Shown here: one piece after another, positions 52,353 to 63,200 of the stretch
How positions within the stretch are numbered: the first letter of the stretch is position 1
Layout of the letters: every line of letters starts with the position of its first letter
Assembly: GCA_965221125.1 (NCBI GenBank)
Contig: CBDCRW010000002.1
Coordinates: 96,001 to 160,000 of the forward strand
Source of the DNA: Alphaproteobacteria bacterium
GTDB taxonomy: Bacteria; Pseudomonadota; Alphaproteobacteria; UBA828
Length of the DNA: 64,000 nt
Direction of reading: 5' to 3'
The notes under the pieces: generated by a model
Databases searched by the model: none
What the model was told of the DNA's origin: nothing
What the model saw: only the letters and a program-made list of their open reading frames with translations
Program-made: the position numbers and the translations under genes

Positions 52353-53080
52353 CGGGCTGGCGGCCGAACGGAGACCAGATTCGCGCGGGCGCGCTCGCCG
52401 GCGCCGACCTCTCGGGCTTCGACCTGCAGGGCTTCCACTTCCGCCAGGCCGACCTGCGCGGTGCCAGCTTCGCCGGCAGCATCCTGCGCGAGGTCGACCT
52501 CTGGGCCGCCGATCTCACCGGCGTCGACCTCACCGGCGCGAACCTGCGGCTTGCCACCTTCAAGGGTGCAAAGCTGCAGGGCGCGCGGCTCGCCGGCGCG
52601 GACCTCTGGAGCGCCGATCTCAAGGTCGCCGACCTGGACGGCGCCGTTCTCTCGGAGTGCAATCTCGCCCAGGCCGAGCTTGCCGGTGCGAAGTGCCGGG
52701 GCGCGGACTTCAGCGGCGCCGAGCTCTACTGCGCCGACCTGCGCCTCGCCGACCTGGAGAACGCCAACCTCGGCCGCGCCGACGGGCGCCTCGCCAAGCT
52801 GGAGGAGGCGGTGCTGATCGGCGCCAACCTGCGCGAAGCGAATTTCTCGGGCGCGAGCTTCAAGCGCGCGCGCCTCGCCACTGCCGACTTCGCCGGCGCC
52901 TACCTGCGCGAGGCGAACTTCCGCGAGGCCGATCTCATCCGCGCCGACTTTCGCGGGGCCGAGGTGGCGGACGCCTTCTTCGGCCAGGCCAACCTCGACG
53001 GCACGGTGATGCCCGACGGCACCATCGAGTCCGCGGCGCTGCGCCACTGGTCCCCGCCGCCGGAGCCGGACGAGGATTGA
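52349..53080 (+). CDS. Pentapeptide repeat protein
   Basis: Continuous A(D/N)(L/F)xx repeats ending in MPDG. Confidence 0.92.
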   Translation: MTGWRPNGDQIRAGALAGADLSGFDLQGFHFRQADLRGASFAGSILREVDLWAADLTGVDLTGANLRLATFKGAKLQGARLAGADLWSADLKVADLDGAVLSECNLAQAELAGAKCRGADFSGAELYCADLRLADLENANLGRADGRLAKLEEAVLIGANLREANFSGASFKRARLATADFAGAYLREANFREADLIRADFRGAEVADAFFGQANLDGTVMPDGTIESAALRHWSPPPEPDED

Positions 53081-53252
53081 AGCGCGTCCGTCATGCACGG
53101 ACGCGCTTCAGGCCGCGACCGCGGCCCGCCGCGAATGCGGCGCGCCCGCATCGTGCGCTCCGCGCGCGTTCCGCGCGACGGCGCCGGTCGAAGACCGGCT
53201 GCCGTGAGCGATAAAGGCATAGAGCGTTTCCGTGCAATACGGATACGCCCTA
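53078..53252 (-). repeat. Dispersed multi-hairpin intergenic element, copy D
   Basis: TGAAGCGCGTCCGT..ACGGACGCGCTTCA and TAGAGCGTTTCCG..CGGATACGCCCTA hairpins; both ends are stop codons of convergent genes. Confidence 0.9.
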
Positions 53253-54935
53253 CCGCCCTTCGTTCCCGAAGCCGTCGTCGACGACGACATCGAGGAGCGT
53301 CGGCCCGTCGCGCCGGGTGGAGTCGGCGAGGGCCGGCGCGATGTCGTCCGCATCCGTGATCCGCAGCGCGGTCACCCCGAGCGAGCGGGCGAGGCCGGTG
53401 AAGTCGATCGCCGGGTCCTTGAACTCCATGCCGGCGTAGTGCTCGACGCCGTGAAACGATTTCAGGCGCTCCTTGATGATGCGGTAGCCGCCGTTGTTGG
53501 CGATGACGTAGGTGATCGGCAGCCTGGCGTTCGCGGCGGTCCAGAGCGCCTGGATGCTGTACATCGCGCTGCCGTCGCCGACGACGGCGACGACGGGCCG
53601 GTCGGGAAGCGCCAGCTGCACGCCCACCGCGCCCGCCATAGCGAAGCCGATGCCGCCGCTGCCGAGGCCGAAGTACGCCCTGGTGTCGCGGAAGGGATAG
53701 AGCGCGGGGAGCGCGCGGGCGCTCAGGATCCCCTCCTCCACGATGACCGCGTCGGCGGGCAGGGCGTCGACGAGCCGGAGCATCGCGAGGTCCGGCGCCA
53801 TCGGCGTCTCGCCCGCGCGCGCACACGCGGTGGCGCGGACGGCCTCGCGCTTCGCGGACCAGTTGGAGGGCCCGAGCGCCGCAATCGCGGCTTCTGCCTC
53901 GGCGGCTCCTGCAGCGCCCCGCCTGCTCGCGATCAGGCCGGCGAGGGCGGCGAGCGTCTCCTTCACGTCGGCGCGCAGCGCGATCTCCGCCGGGTAGTTC
54001 TTGCCCATCTCCCAGTCCCGGAGGCCGATCTGGACCACGGCCAGGCCGTCGGGCATCGGGTCGGTCTCGCTGAACACCGACATGCGCAGCACGTCCGAGC
54101 CGATGCAGAACATCAGGTCGTGGGGCGCAAGGGTCTCGCGGATCTCGCGCTGATCGCGCGTGAGCGCGCCCATGAAGGCCGGGTGCTCGGAGAGGAAGTG
54201 CGCCCCGTCGCACACCGTCTGCTGGTAGACCGGCGCGCCCAGCGCCTCGGCAATCCTCGCCGCTTCCGCAAGGGCGCCCGAGGTCGCGACTTCGTGCCCG
54301 GCCACGATGACCGGGCGCCGCGCCGCGAGCAGGCGGTCCGCCAGGCGACCGAGCGCCGCGTCGCTCGGCCTGCCGGCCGCATCCACCCGCGTCGGCTGGC
54401 CGAGCTCGAGCGCGTCCTGCTCGTTGAGAATGTCGCCCGGCAGCGAGATGAACACCGGGCCGGTGGGCGGCGTCGTCGCGATCTTCGCGGCACGGCGCAG
54501 GATGCGCGGCAGGTCGCGCAGCCGGCTCACCTCCACCGCCCACTTCACGAGCGGCTGCGCGATCGGCACCAGGGGCGCGTAGAGCAGCGGCTCGGTCAGC
54601 CCGTGGCCCTGCTCCTGCTGCCCGGCGGTGACGATGACCGGCGAGCCCATCCACTTCGCGTTGTAGAGCGAGCCCATGGCGTTGCCGAGCCCCGGCGCGA
54701 CGTGGACGTTGCAGGCGCTGAGAGCGCCCGAGGCGCGCGAGTAGCCGTCCGCCATGGCGACCACCAGGGCCTCCTGCAGCGCCATGACGTATCTGATCGC
54801 AGGCCGGCCGGGGAGCGCCGCCATGATCGGCAGCTCGGTGGTGCCGGGGTTGCCGAAGAGATGCGATACCCCCTCGCTCTCGAGCAGCGCGAGGAAGGCG
54901 TCGCGGCCGAAGATTGTGTTCATGGCGTCGGACAT
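53250..54935 (-). CDS. Thiamine-diphosphate-dependent enzyme (benzoylformate decarboxylase-like)
   Basis: FGNPGTTELP, ALQE, HVAPGLGNAMG, GDGSAMY..NNGGY. Confidence 0.9.
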   Translation of the reverse strand: MSDAMNTIFGRDAFLALLESEGVSHLFGNPGTTELPIMAALPGRPAIRYVMALQEALVVAMADGYSRASGALSACNVHVAPGLGNAMGSLYNAKWMGSPVIVTAGQQEQGHGLTEPLLYAPLVPIAQPLVKWAVEVSRLRDLPRILRRAAKIATTPPTGPVFISLPGDILNEQDALELGQPTRVDAAGRPSDAALGRLADRLLAARRPVIVAGHEVATSGALAEAARIAEALGAPVYQQTVCDGAHFLSEHPAFMGALTRDQREIRETLAPHDLMFCIGSDVLRMSVFSETDPMPDGLAVVQIGLRDWEMGKNYPAEIALRADVKETLAALAGLIASRRGAAGAAEAEAAIAALGPSNWSAKREAVRATACARAGETPMAPDLAMLRLVDALPADAVIVEEGILSARALPALYPFRDTRAYFGLGSGGIGFAMAGAVGVQLALPDRPVVAVVGDGSAMYSIQALWTAANARLPITYVIANNGGYRIIKERLKSFHGVEHYAGMEFKDPAIDFTGLARSLGVTALRITDADDIAPALADSTRRDGPTLLDVVVDDGFGNEGR

Positions 54936-54949
54936 CGGGCCGGCCCCTC

Positions 54950-56044
54950 CTAGGCGCCCACGTCCACGATGGCCACCACCGGGCCGCCGCCCTGCGGCCC
55001 CTGGTGCATCGCATCGACCGAGACGAACACGGCGGGATCGCCGATGGCCGCCGCCGCGACGCCGCCGACCGCGCCCTTGGAATGGCGGTGGTGGTGGACG
55101 TCGGAATCGTCCAGCATGATCTGGCGGCGGCCGCGCAGGCGCGCGGTGCGGTCGGCCTCGCACTTGATGAAGCAGTTGACGAGCTTGCCGCCGAGATCGG
55201 CCGCGCGCGCGCGCTCCGGCAGGTCGAGGCCAGCGTTGCGGATGCCATCGTAGATGCCGTCGATGTCGAGCGCGTCCTGCATGACGCCGTGGCCGATGCG
55301 GAAGCGCCCGCCGGCGCCGCGCGCGTTGCCGAAGAGGACGATCTGCCCGCGGTCGAGCTCCACGCCGGACGAGCACGAGGCGACCGAGGAGTAGAGGTCG
55401 AGGTTGCGGCAGATTTCCTCCGCCCGCGGCATGGCGACTTCGCCGAGAGCGACCGCGATGCCGAGCCCGGTGGTGCCGTTGGAGACCCCCATCGATTCGT
55501 GGACCTCGCAGGCCGCGCTCTCGCCCCGCCCGTGGGCGTCCTGCACCGTGTCGATGGTGAGCAGCGGCGTCTTGGTCTGCACGTAGTGGACGTCCGCCGC
55601 ATCGGCGATGCCGGCGTCGGCCATGGCGGCGCGGACGCCGTCCGCGATCTTTTCCACCATCGCCGGCCGGCCGATGTCCTCGGGCAGGATGGGCGCGCTC
55701 ATGGCGGTCCCCATGGCGAGGCGGAGCGCATCCGGGGGCCCGGTCTCGTCGTTGCGGGCGAAGACGGTGGCGTGCGGGGTGAGCACGCCGTCGCAGCCGC
55801 CCGACCAGACCATGGGGATCTCGCCGACCTCCGCTTCGCTCCGCGCGCCATGCGCGAGGAGGACGCCGCGGAAGGCGTTGTCCGACAGGATCCGGGTGAA
55901 GTCGTTGACCCCGCCGTTGCCCTCCGTCTTGCCGATCACGGCGACGACGGAATCCGCCGCCATGCGGCCCGACGCGATGAGTTCCTCAAGCCCTGAGGCG
56001 TCCGAGACCGACTTGATCTCGACCTTCGCGACGTCGATGGCCAT
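54950..56044 (-). CDS. Ring-opening amidohydrolase (AtzD/barbiturase family), barbiturase-like
   Basis: [35 protein letters not shown]-terminal [16 protein letters not shown]. Confidence 0.88.
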   Translation of the reverse strand: MAIDVAKVEIKSVSDASGLEELIASGRMAADSVVAVIGKTEGNGGVNDFTRILSDNAFRGVLLAHGARSEAEVGEIPMVWSGGCDGVLTPHATVFARNDETGPPDALRLAMGTAMSAPILPEDIGRPAMVEKIADGVRAAMADAGIADAADVHYVQTKTPLLTIDTVQDAHGRGESAACEVHESMGVSNGTTGLGIAVALGEVAMPRAEEICRNLDLYSSVASCSSGVELDRGQIVLFGNARGAGGRFRIGHGVMQDALDIDGIYDGIRNAGLDLPERARAADLGGKLVNCFIKCEADRTARLRGRRQIMLDDSDVHHHRHSKGAVGGVAAAAIGDPAVFVSVDAMHQGPQGGGPVVAIVDVGA

Positions 56045-56064
56045 GTCTCCCTCCCCTGCCGCTC

Positions 56065-57318
56065 TCAAGCCCAGGCCGTGCGCCGCTGCGTCACGGTCTC
56101 GGCGACGACGCGGCCGCGCTTGATGACGTGGGTGCGGTCGGCCCGCCGGGTCAGCGCCTGCAGCGGGTCGGCCGCGTCGATGACGACCAGATCGGCGACG
56201 CAGTCGGGCGCCGCGCCATAGTCGGCGAGCCCCATGGTGCGCGCGGCGGCGCCGGTCTGCATGTCGAAGACGGTCTCGATCTCGTGCGGGCGGCTCATGT
56301 GCGCGGCGTGGCTCGCGAGGAAGGTCACCTCCAGCGGATCGCCGGTGCCGAAGGGGTAGAACGTGTCGCGGATGCAGTCCTGACCGCAGGAGACGTTGAC
56401 GCCCGCCTCCAGCAGCTCCTTCACGCGGGTGATGCCGCGCCGCTTGGGCTGCGCGTCGCCCCGCCCCTGCAGCATCAGGTTGGTCGCCGGGTTCACGATC
56501 ATGTGGATGCCGGCGTCCCGCACGAGGCCGATGACGCGGTTGGCGTAGTTCTCCTCGTAGCCCGCGAGCGCGCAGGTGTGGCCGGCGGTGACGCGCCCCT
56601 GCCAGCCGTTCTCCATCGTCTGCTCGGCCAGCATCTCCAGCGTCTTGGCGTCGGGGTCGTCGGTCTCGTCCACGTGCATGTCGATATCGGCATCGTGGTG
56701 CTTCGCGATCTCGAAGGCGAGCGCAATGTGGCGCGCGCTCTCCGCCGGCGAGGCCTCGTTGAAGGGCATGCCGCCCACCAGATCGCAGCCGGCCTCCATC
56801 GCCTTCCACATGAGGTCGTGGGTGCCCTTGTCCTTGAAGATGCCCTCCTGCGGGAAGGCCACGATCTGCACGTCGGCGATGTCGCGGGTGCGCTCGCGCG
56901 CTTCGAGAACGCCTTCGAGGGGGCGCAGGCCGCCGATGCTGTCCACGTCGACGTGGCTGCGAAAGCGCGTGACCCCGTGGGCGACGGCGGAGCGGATGGT
57001 GCGCACCGCGCGCGCGGCGATTTCCTCCACCGTGTAGGCGCGCTTCCGCGCCCAGATGATCTCGATGGCCTCGTCGAGCGTGCCCGACGCGTTGGGCCTC
57101 ACGTCGTCGTTGATCTGCGCCTTGTCGAGGTGGATGTGCGGCTCCAGAAAGCCGGCCACGCAGAGGCGCCCGCCGGCATCGACGGTGCGCTCGGCCGCAG
57201 CCGCGCCGCCCGGAGGCGCGTCGACGAAGCGGCCGTCTCGGGCGAAAAGGTCGCAGGGCGCGTCCTCCCGCCAGAGGCGCGCGCCTGTGATCGCGAGGTC
57301 GACCCGGTCGTCCGTCAT
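56065..57318 (-). CDS. Metal-dependent deaminase (cytosine deaminase/AtzC-like amidohydrolase)
   Basis: [36 protein letters not shown]. Confidence 0.88.
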   Translation of the reverse strand: MTDDRVDLAITGARLWREDAPCDLFARDGRFVDAPPGGAAAAERTVDAGGRLCVAGFLEPHIHLDKAQINDDVRPNASGTLDEAIEIIWARKRAYTVEEIAARAVRTIRSAVAHGVTRFRSHVDVDSIGGLRPLEGVLEARERTRDIADVQIVAFPQEGIFKDKGTHDLMWKAMEAGCDLVGGMPFNEASPAESARHIALAFEIAKHHDADIDMHVDETDDPDAKTLEMLAEQTMENGWQGRVTAGHTCALAGYEENYANRVIGLVRDAGIHMIVNPATNLMLQGRGDAQPKRRGITRVKELLEAGVNVSCGQDCIRDTFYPFGTGDPLEVTFLASHAAHMSRPHEIETVFDMQTGAAARTMGLADYGAAPDCVADLVVIDAADPLQALTRRADRTHVIKRGRVVAETVTQRRTAWA

Positions 57319-57332
57319 CGTTCGCTCCTTCC

Positions 57333-58742
57333 TCAGCCGCCAGCGTCCGCAAGGCGGGCCAGAGTCTCGTCCCGGCCAAGCGCCGCCATGACGGCGAAGA
57401 TTCCGGGCGACGCATGGGAGCCCGTGAGCGCCGCCCTGAGCGGTTGCGCGACCTTGCCCAGCCCGACCCCTTCGCCTTCGGCGAAGGCGCGGACGGCACT
57501 CTCAAGCGCCGCCTGGTCCCACGCCGCGCCATGCTCCAGGGCGGCCTTCAGGCGGGCAAGACGGGCGCGCGCCTCGCTGCCCGCGTCGCCGATCAGCTTC
57601 GCCGCCTTGGGCGTCATGGCGTCTCGCGGATCGCGAAACAGGAACGCGAGGTTGTCCGCCAGCTCGACCAGGGTCTTGGCGCGCGCCTTGGCCTCGGGCA
57701 GCAGGGCTGCGATGCGCCGGCGCCCCTCGGCGGTGGCGGCCAGCGGGTACGTTGCGGCGAGGCGGGGCTCGACCTCGGCCAGCAGGTCCGAGTCCGCGCT
57801 CTCGCGGATGTAGTGGCCATTCAGGCTCTGCAACTTCTCCATGTCGAAGCGGGCGGCGCCCCGGTTCACCGCCCCTAAGTCGAACCAGGCGATGGCCTGG
57901 GCGGTGTCGATGATCTCGTCGTCGCCGTGGCTCCAGCCCAGCCTCAGCAGCGCGTTGCGCATGGCGGCGGGCAGGATGCCGTCATCGGCATAGGCGCCGA
58001 TGGCGACCGCGCCGTGCCGCTTGGAGAGCTTCGCGCCGTCGGCGCCGTGGATCAGCGGGATGTGCGCGTAGGCCGGCGGCTCCCAGCCCAGCGCGCGGAA
58101 GAGCTGGGTCTGGCGAAAGGCGTTGCTGAGGTGGTCGTCCCCCCGGATCGCGTGGGTGATGCCCATGTCGTGGTCGTCGACGACCACCGAGAGCATGTAG
58201 GTGGGCGTGCCGTCGGCCCTGAGCAGCACCATGTCGTCGAGCGCGCTATTGTCGATTTTGACTTGTCGTTGTACCAAATCCGATATGACTGTCTCCCCCT
58301 CCTGCGGCGCCCGGAAGCGGATGACGGGGTCTGCGCCGGGCGGCGCGTCCGCCGGATCGCGGTCGCGCCAGCGGCCATCGTAGAGCGCGGCCCGGCCCTC
58401 GGCGCGGGCCTCGGCGCGCATGGCCTCCAGCTCCTTCGGCGAGCAGTAGCAGCGGTAGGCCCCGCCGGCGGCGAGCAGCCCGTGCGCGACCTCCACATGG
58501 CGCTGCCGGCGCTCGGACTGCCGCACGATCTCGCCGTCCCAGTCGAGGCCGAGCCAGCCGAGCCCGTCGACGATGGCGGCGATGGCCTCGGGAGTCGAGC
58601 GCTTGCGGTCGGTATCCTCCAGGCGGAGCAGAAAACTGCCGCCGTGGTGGCGCGCGTAGAGCCAGTTGAAGAGGGCGGTCCGCGCGCCGCCGAGATGCAG
58701 CATGCCGGTCGGCGACGGCGCGAAGCGCGTGACGACGCTCAT
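57333..58742 (-). CDS. gltX: Glutamate--tRNA ligase
   Basis: [26 protein letters not shown]. Confidence 0.96.
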   Translation of the reverse strand: MSVVTRFAPSPTGMLHLGGARTALFNWLYARHHGGSFLLRLEDTDRKRSTPEAIAAIVDGLGWLGLDWDGEIVRQSERRQRHVEVAHGLLAAGGAYRCYCSPKELEAMRAEARAEGRAALYDGRWRDRDPADAPPGADPVIRFRAPQEGETVISDLVQRQVKIDNSALDDMVLLRADGTPTYMLSVVVDDHDMGITHAIRGDDHLSNAFRQTQLFRALGWEPPAYAHIPLIHGADGAKLSKRHGAVAIGAYADDGILPAAMRNALLRLGWSHGDDEIIDTAQAIAWFDLGAVNRGAARFDMEKLQSLNGHYIRESADSDLLAEVEPRLAATYPLAATAEGRRRIAALLPEAKARAKTLVELADNLAFLFRDPRDAMTPKAAKLIGDAGSEARARLARLKAALEHGAAWDQAALESAVRAFAEGEGVGLGKVAQPLRAALTGSHASPGIFAVMAALGRDETLARLADAGG

Positions 58743-58876
58743 GTGCGGTCTCACCCCCGGCAGGCGGCCCGGCGCTTGGCCGCGGATCGGAACGGTCGAG
58801 CGTTTAGCATATCGCCCGGCGGCAGGCGACCGGCGGCGGCACGTGCAAGGCGCCTTCGCTGCGCGAGCTTGCCCGC

Positions 58877-60934
58877 GTGCTGAGGCGCCTGGCCGGGCTG
58901 CGCCTCCATCTCGCCTCGGTGTGGGCTGCCGAGCGTCAGCGCGTGTTCCTCTGGGTGCCGGTGCTGTTCGGCGCGGGCGGCGGCCTCTATCTCACCCTGC
59001 CGGCGGAGCCGGTGGGCTGGATCGCGCCGGCGGCCGCCGGGATTTTCGTGTCGGGCGCGCTGCTCGTGCGCCGGCACACGGCGCCGGCCCTCGCACTTGC
59101 GGCGCTGGCGCTGCTCGCCGCCGGCGTCGCCGCCGCCGACTGGCGCACCGGGCGGGTCGCCGCGCCGGTGCTGGAGGAGCCGATCGGCCCGGTCGATGTG
59201 ACAGGGCGCGTGGTTTGGGTCGGCGCCGGCGACGGCCCGCAGCGCTACCTGCTCGACCGCGTGCGCATCGAGCGCCTGGCCCCGGAGGCAACGCCCGCGC
59301 GCGTGCGCCTCAGCGTGCGCAGCACGGGCCCGGACGGCCTGGCCGCGCCCGGATCGTGGCTCACGGCGCTCGCCTCGCTCAGGCCGCCGCCGGCGCCGGC
59401 GGAGCCCGGCGCGTGGGACTTCGCGCGGCAAGCGTGGTTCCAGCGGATCGGCGCGGTCGGCTTCGTCTACGGCGCGCCGCAGCCGTTGGCGGCGTCTGAG
59501 GGCGAGGGCGGCGGGCTGCTCTCGCTGCTCTCCCAGGTGCGCCACTGGGTCTCGGCGCGGATTCTGGCACACACCACGCCGTCTGCAGGACCCTTCGCGG
59601 CGGCGCTGCTCACCGGCGACCGGAGCGCCATCGAGAAGACGACGCTGCAGGCCATGCGGGACTCCGGCCTGGCTCATCTGCTGGCGATCTCCGGGCTTCA
59701 CGTCGGCCTCGTCGCCGGGTTCATCTTCTTCGCCGCGCGCGGGGCGCTGGCGCTGATCGAGCCGGTGGCGCTGCGGATGCCGATCAAGAAATGGGCGGCG
59801 GGATGCGCGCTGCTCGGCGGTGCCGCGTACCTGTTGCTGTCCGGCATGAGCGTGCCGACGCAACGGGCGTTCGTCATGGTCGGTTTCGTGCTGCTCGCGA
59901 TCATGCTGGACCGGGCGAGCATTTCCATGCGCCTGATCGCCCTGGCGGCGCTCCTGGTGCTCGCGCTCGCGCCCGAGAGCATGCTGGGCCCGAGCTTCCA
60001 GATGTCCTTCGCCGCGGCGACGGCGCTGATCGCGACCTACGAGGCGGCGCGCCGCCCCTTCGCCCGGCTGGCGGCGCGGGGCGGCCTCGCGCTCCGCCCC
60101 CTCGTCTACGCGGCGGGCGTGGCGCTCACCTCCCTCGTTGCCGGCATCGCCACCGGCCCGTTCGCGGTCTACCACTTCAACCGCATCGCCGACTACGGGC
60201 TGGTCGCGCTCGTCCTCATGCCGCTCGGGCTCGAAGGGCTCGCGCTCGCACCCATGGGCTGGGGCATCGACGCGGTGGTGTGGATCGCGAGCCGGGTCGC
60301 CGAACAGCCGGGCGCGGTCACGCTGGTTCCGGCGATGCCGGCGGCTGCGCTGCTTGCCATCGTGGTCGGCGGCCTCTGGCTCTGCCTCTGGCGCAGCCGC
60401 TGGCGCTTTCTCGGGATCGCCGTGATCGGCGGCGGCATGGTGATCGCGGGCCTGGACCGGAGGCCGGACATTCTGATCGACGGCGAGGCCAAGGTGATGG
60501 CGGTGCGGGGCGAGGACGGGCGGCTCTGGGTCTCCACCCGCAAGCGCGGGCGCTTCGTGAGCGACGTCTGGCTCAGGCGGGACGGACAGGCGGAGCCGCT
60601 GACCTGGCCGCGCGCCGGCGAAGGCGCGCCCGCCGCGGGCCTCCGCTGCGATACGCTCGGGTGCATTCAGCAGCGGGGCGAGAGAATCATCGCCTTCGTG
60701 CGCGACCCCCGCGCCTTCGCGGAAGACTGCCGCCGGGCCGATCCCGTCATCGCCGCCGTCCCCGCCTGGGATCTCTGCCCGAGCCCTGAGACCGTGGTGG
60801 ACCGCTTCGACCTGTGGCGGGCCGGCAGCCACGCCATATGGTTCCTGCCCGACGGCGTCCGCGTGGAAAACGTGACCGAATTGCGCGGAGAGCGGCCGTG
60901 GGTCGCACGGCGCACTCCGGCCTGGGAGAAATAG
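58877..60934 (+). CDS. comEC: ComEC/Rec2 competence protein (possible short in-frame internal deletion)
   Basis: [27 protein letters not shown]; conserved position between gltX and lexA. Confidence 0.88.
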   Translation: MLRRLAGLRLHLASVWAAERQRVFLWVPVLFGAGGGLYLTLPAEPVGWIAPAAAGIFVSGALLVRRHTAPALALAALALLAAGVAAADWRTGRVAAPVLEEPIGPVDVTGRVVWVGAGDGPQRYLLDRVRIERLAPEATPARVRLSVRSTGPDGLAAPGSWLTALASLRPPPAPAEPGAWDFARQAWFQRIGAVGFVYGAPQPLAASEGEGGGLLSLLSQVRHWVSARILAHTTPSAGPFAAALLTGDRSAIEKTTLQAMRDSGLAHLLAISGLHVGLVAGFIFFAARGALALIEPVALRMPIKKWAAGCALLGGAAYLLLSGMSVPTQRAFVMVGFVLLAIMLDRASISMRLIALAALLVLALAPESMLGPSFQMSFAAATALIATYEAARRPFARLAARGGLALRPLVYAAGVALTSLVAGIATGPFAVYHFNRIADYGLVALVLMPLGLEGLALAPMGWGIDAVVWIASRVAEQPGAVTLVPAMPAAALLAIVVGGLWLCLWRSRWRFLGIAVIGGGMVIAGLDRRPDILIDGEAKVMAVRGEDGRLWVSTRKRGRFVSDVWLRRDGQAEPLTWPRAGEGAPAAGLRCDTLGCIQQRGERIIAFVRDPRAFAEDCRRADPVIAAVPAWDLCPSPETVVDRFDLWRAGSHAIWFLPDGVRVENVTELRGERPWVARRTPAWEK

Positions 60935-60964
60935 AGCGCGTCCGCAAGAGTCGGACGCGCTCTA
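60932..60964. repeat. Solo terminal hairpin of the dispersed element, between convergent comEC and lexA
   Basis: TAGAGCGCGTCCG-CAAGAGT-CGGACGCGCTCTA perfect 13-bp stem; first and last three nt are the two stop codons. Confidence 0.85.
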
Positions 60965-61669
60965 GTAGCGGCGGAGGATGCCCTTGAGCTGCCCCTGCAC
61001 CTTGACGCGGCCGGGGCCGAAGATGCGCGTCTCCAGCCGCTTGTTCGCGGGCTCCAGCGCGATCGACTCGCCCTTGCGGCGCAACCGCTTGAGCGTCACC
61101 TCGCTGTCGTCGACCAGGGCGACCACGATGGCGCCGTTCTCCGCCGTGTCGCAGCGCTCGATCACGGCGGTGTCGCCATCGAGAATCCCGGCTTCGATCA
61201 TCGAATCGCCGTCGACCTCGAGCGCGTAGTGCTCGCCGGACCCCAACATGGCGCCGGGGACATCGGTCTGGCTGGTCTCGTCGCGCAACGCCTCGATGGG
61301 CGTGCCGGCGGCGATGCGGCCGTAGAGCGGCAGCGCCACGCTCGCCCGGTCGTCGGACGGGCGCTCGGTCCCCCGCCCGGAGCGGAAATCGCCCTTGATG
61401 ACGCTCGGCCGGAAGCGCCGGTTGGGCTGCCGTTGCGGCACGCTCTCGACCCGCGACGGCGGCGGCCGCAGCACCTCGAGCGCCCGCGCCCGGTGCGGCA
61501 ATCGTCGCAGAAATCCACGCTCCTCCAGTGCTTTGACCAGCCTGTGAATGCCGGACTTGGACTTGAGGTTGACCGCCTCCTTCATCTCTTCGAAGGAAGG
61601 GGCGATCCCCCGTGTCTCCAGATACGAATCGATGAAGAGCAGAAGCTCTTTCTGTTTCTTGGTCAGCAT
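60962..61669 (-). CDS. lexA: SOS repressor LexA
   Basis: [24 protein letters not shown] cleavage site, GDSM, VTLK. Confidence 0.96.
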   Translation of the reverse strand: MLTKKQKELLLFIDSYLETRGIAPSFEEMKEAVNLKSKSGIHRLVKALEERGFLRRLPHRARALEVLRPPPSRVESVPQRQPNRRFRPSVIKGDFRSGRGTERPSDDRASVALPLYGRIAAGTPIEALRDETSQTDVPGAMLGSGEHYALEVDGDSMIEAGILDGDTAVIERCDTAENGAIVVALVDDSEVTLKRLRRKGESIALEPANKRLETRIFGPGRVKVQGQLKGILRRY

Positions 61670-61714
61670 CGGACGAACTCCAGGAGCCGAACAAAGGGGC
61701 AACTGACGCGCCAT

Positions 61715-61729
61715 GTTCTAGTTTGGTTC
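61715..61729. promoter_or_regulatory. Alphaproteobacterial LexA box
   Basis: GTTC-TAGTTTG-GTTC upstream of lexA; degenerate second site GAAC-N7-CAAC at 61689-61703. Confidence 0.85.
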
Positions 61730-61901
61730 GCCCGCTATGTCAAGAGGCGCAGTTCTCCCGCGCCCGCGGTCATGCCGGAACGACCTCGGCCAGAGCCTGT
61801 CCCGGACCTTCCCGGCCGCGAAAGGCGTCCGCGAACTGCATTGAACCTGCTTCGGCCAAGGGCTAGCATTTACCGAAGGATGCGACGGGGGGACCTCCGA
61901 C

Positions 61902-62510
61902 ATGGCACACGATCATGCTCACAATGCGCCTCCATCCGATACCGCGATGAGGGTGAAGGCGCTGGAGACGCTGCTCACCGAGAAGGGCCTGCTCGATCCG
62001 GCCGCCATCGACGCCCTGGTGGAGACCTACGAGACCAAGATCGGCCCGCGCAACGGCGCCAAGGTGGTGGCCAGGGCGTGGACGGACCCGGACTACAAGG
62101 CAAGGCTGCTGGAGAACGGCAGCGCGGCGATCGCCGAGCTCGGATTCAGCGGCGTGCAGGGCGAGGACATGGTCGTCGTGGAGAACACCGACGACGTGCA
62201 CAACATGGTCACGTGCACGCTCTGTTCCTGCTACCCGTGGCCGACGCTCGGCCTGCCGCCCATCTGGTTCAAGAGCGCGCCCTACCGGGCCCGCTCGGTC
62301 ATCGACCCGCGCGGCGTGCTCGAGGAGTTCGGCGTCGAACTCTCCGACGACGTCGAGATCCGCGTGTGGGACAGCAACGCCGAGCTCCGCTACCTGGTGC
62401 TGCCGCAGCGGCCGGCAGGCACCGAGGGCATGAGCGAAGACGCGCTGGCGGCGCTGGTGACCCGCGATTCGATGATCGGCACGGCGCTGGCCGAAGCGCC
62501 CGCCGCCTAG
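61902..62510 (+). CDS. nthA: Nitrile hydratase alpha subunit, cobalt type
   Basis: Metal-binding CTLCSCY (Thr/Tyr indicate Co type), [19 protein letters not shown]. Confidence 0.95.
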   Translation: MAHDHAHNAPPSDTAMRVKALETLLTEKGLLDPAAIDALVETYETKIGPRNGAKVVARAWTDPDYKARLLENGSAAIAELGFSGVQGEDMVVVENTDDVHNMVTCTLCSCYPWPTLGLPPIWFKSAPYRARSVIDPRGVLEEFGVELSDDVEIRVWDSNAELRYLVLPQRPAGTEGMSEDALAALVTRDSMIGTALAEAPAA

Positions 62511-62532
62511 CAGGTCGCAAGGGAGCAGAGCG

Positions 62533-62847
62533 ATGAACGGCATCCACGACATGGGCGGCATGCAGTGCATGGGCCCGATCGTCCGCGAAGAAAACGAGCC
62601 CCAGTTCCACGAAGAGTGGGAGGGCCGGGTCTTCGGCATGTTCTTCACCAACTTCGCCGAGGGCCACTTCAACGTGGACATGTTCCGCCACGCCATCGAG
62701 CGCATGGGCCCGGCCGAGTACCTGGAGACCTCGTATTACGAGCACTGGCTGCACGTCTACGAGACCGTGCTGGTGGAGCGCGGCGTGCTGACCAGGGAAG
62801 AACTCGACGAGAAGCTCGCCAGCCTTCGCGAAGCGGGAGGATCGTGA
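62533..62847 (+). CDS. Nitrile hydratase beta subunit, N-terminal helical half (separate gene)
   Basis: MNGIHDMGG, WEGR, FRHAIERM, SYYEHW. Confidence 0.9.
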   Translation: MNGIHDMGGMQCMGPIVREENEPQFHEEWEGRVFGMFFTNFAEGHFNVDMFRHAIERMGPAEYLETSYYEHWLHVYETVLVERGVLTREELDEKLASLREAGGS

Positions 62848-63200
62848 TGCCGACTCTGACGCCTGACATGGTGCCGGGCCTGGTGGCCGGCGGCGCCTCC
62901 TGCCGGATGGACGTGGACGTGGCGCCCAGTTTCAAGGTGGGCGACGCGGTGACCGCCCGCGACATCAACCCCGTGTCCCACACGCGCCTGCCGCGCTACA
63001 TCCGCGGCAGGACCGGGCGGATCATGCGCGATCACGGCGTCTTCGCGTTTCCGGACACGTCGGCCGCGTCCGGCACCCACTGCGACCCGCAGCACGTCTA
63101 CAGCGTGCGCTTCGAGGGGAGCGAGCTTTGGGGGGCGCATGCGAACGCCAACGCCTGCGTCTACATCGACCTCTTCGACGACTATCTCGAGAGCGCATGA
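62847..63200 (+). CDS. Nitrile hydratase beta subunit, C-terminal SH3-like half (separate gene)
   Basis: FKVGD, HTRLPRYIRGRTG, YSVRF, ELWG, DLFDDYLE; own RBS GGGAGG and TGATG coupling. Confidence 0.88.
   Translation: MPTLTPDMVPGLVAGGASCRMDVDVAPSFKVGDAVTARDINPVSHTRLPRYIRGRTGRIMRDHGVFAFPDTSAASGTHCDPQHVYSVRFEGSELWGAHANANACVYIDLFDDYLESA

Noticed and set aside
54950-56044. Cyanuric acid hydrolase (atzD) of an atrazine pathway
   Set aside because: C-terminal motif is barbiturase-like and no biuret or allophanate hydrolase is adjacent
61833-61846. GAAC-N6-GAAC as an additional LexA box
   Set aside because: Spacer is 6 nt rather than the required 7
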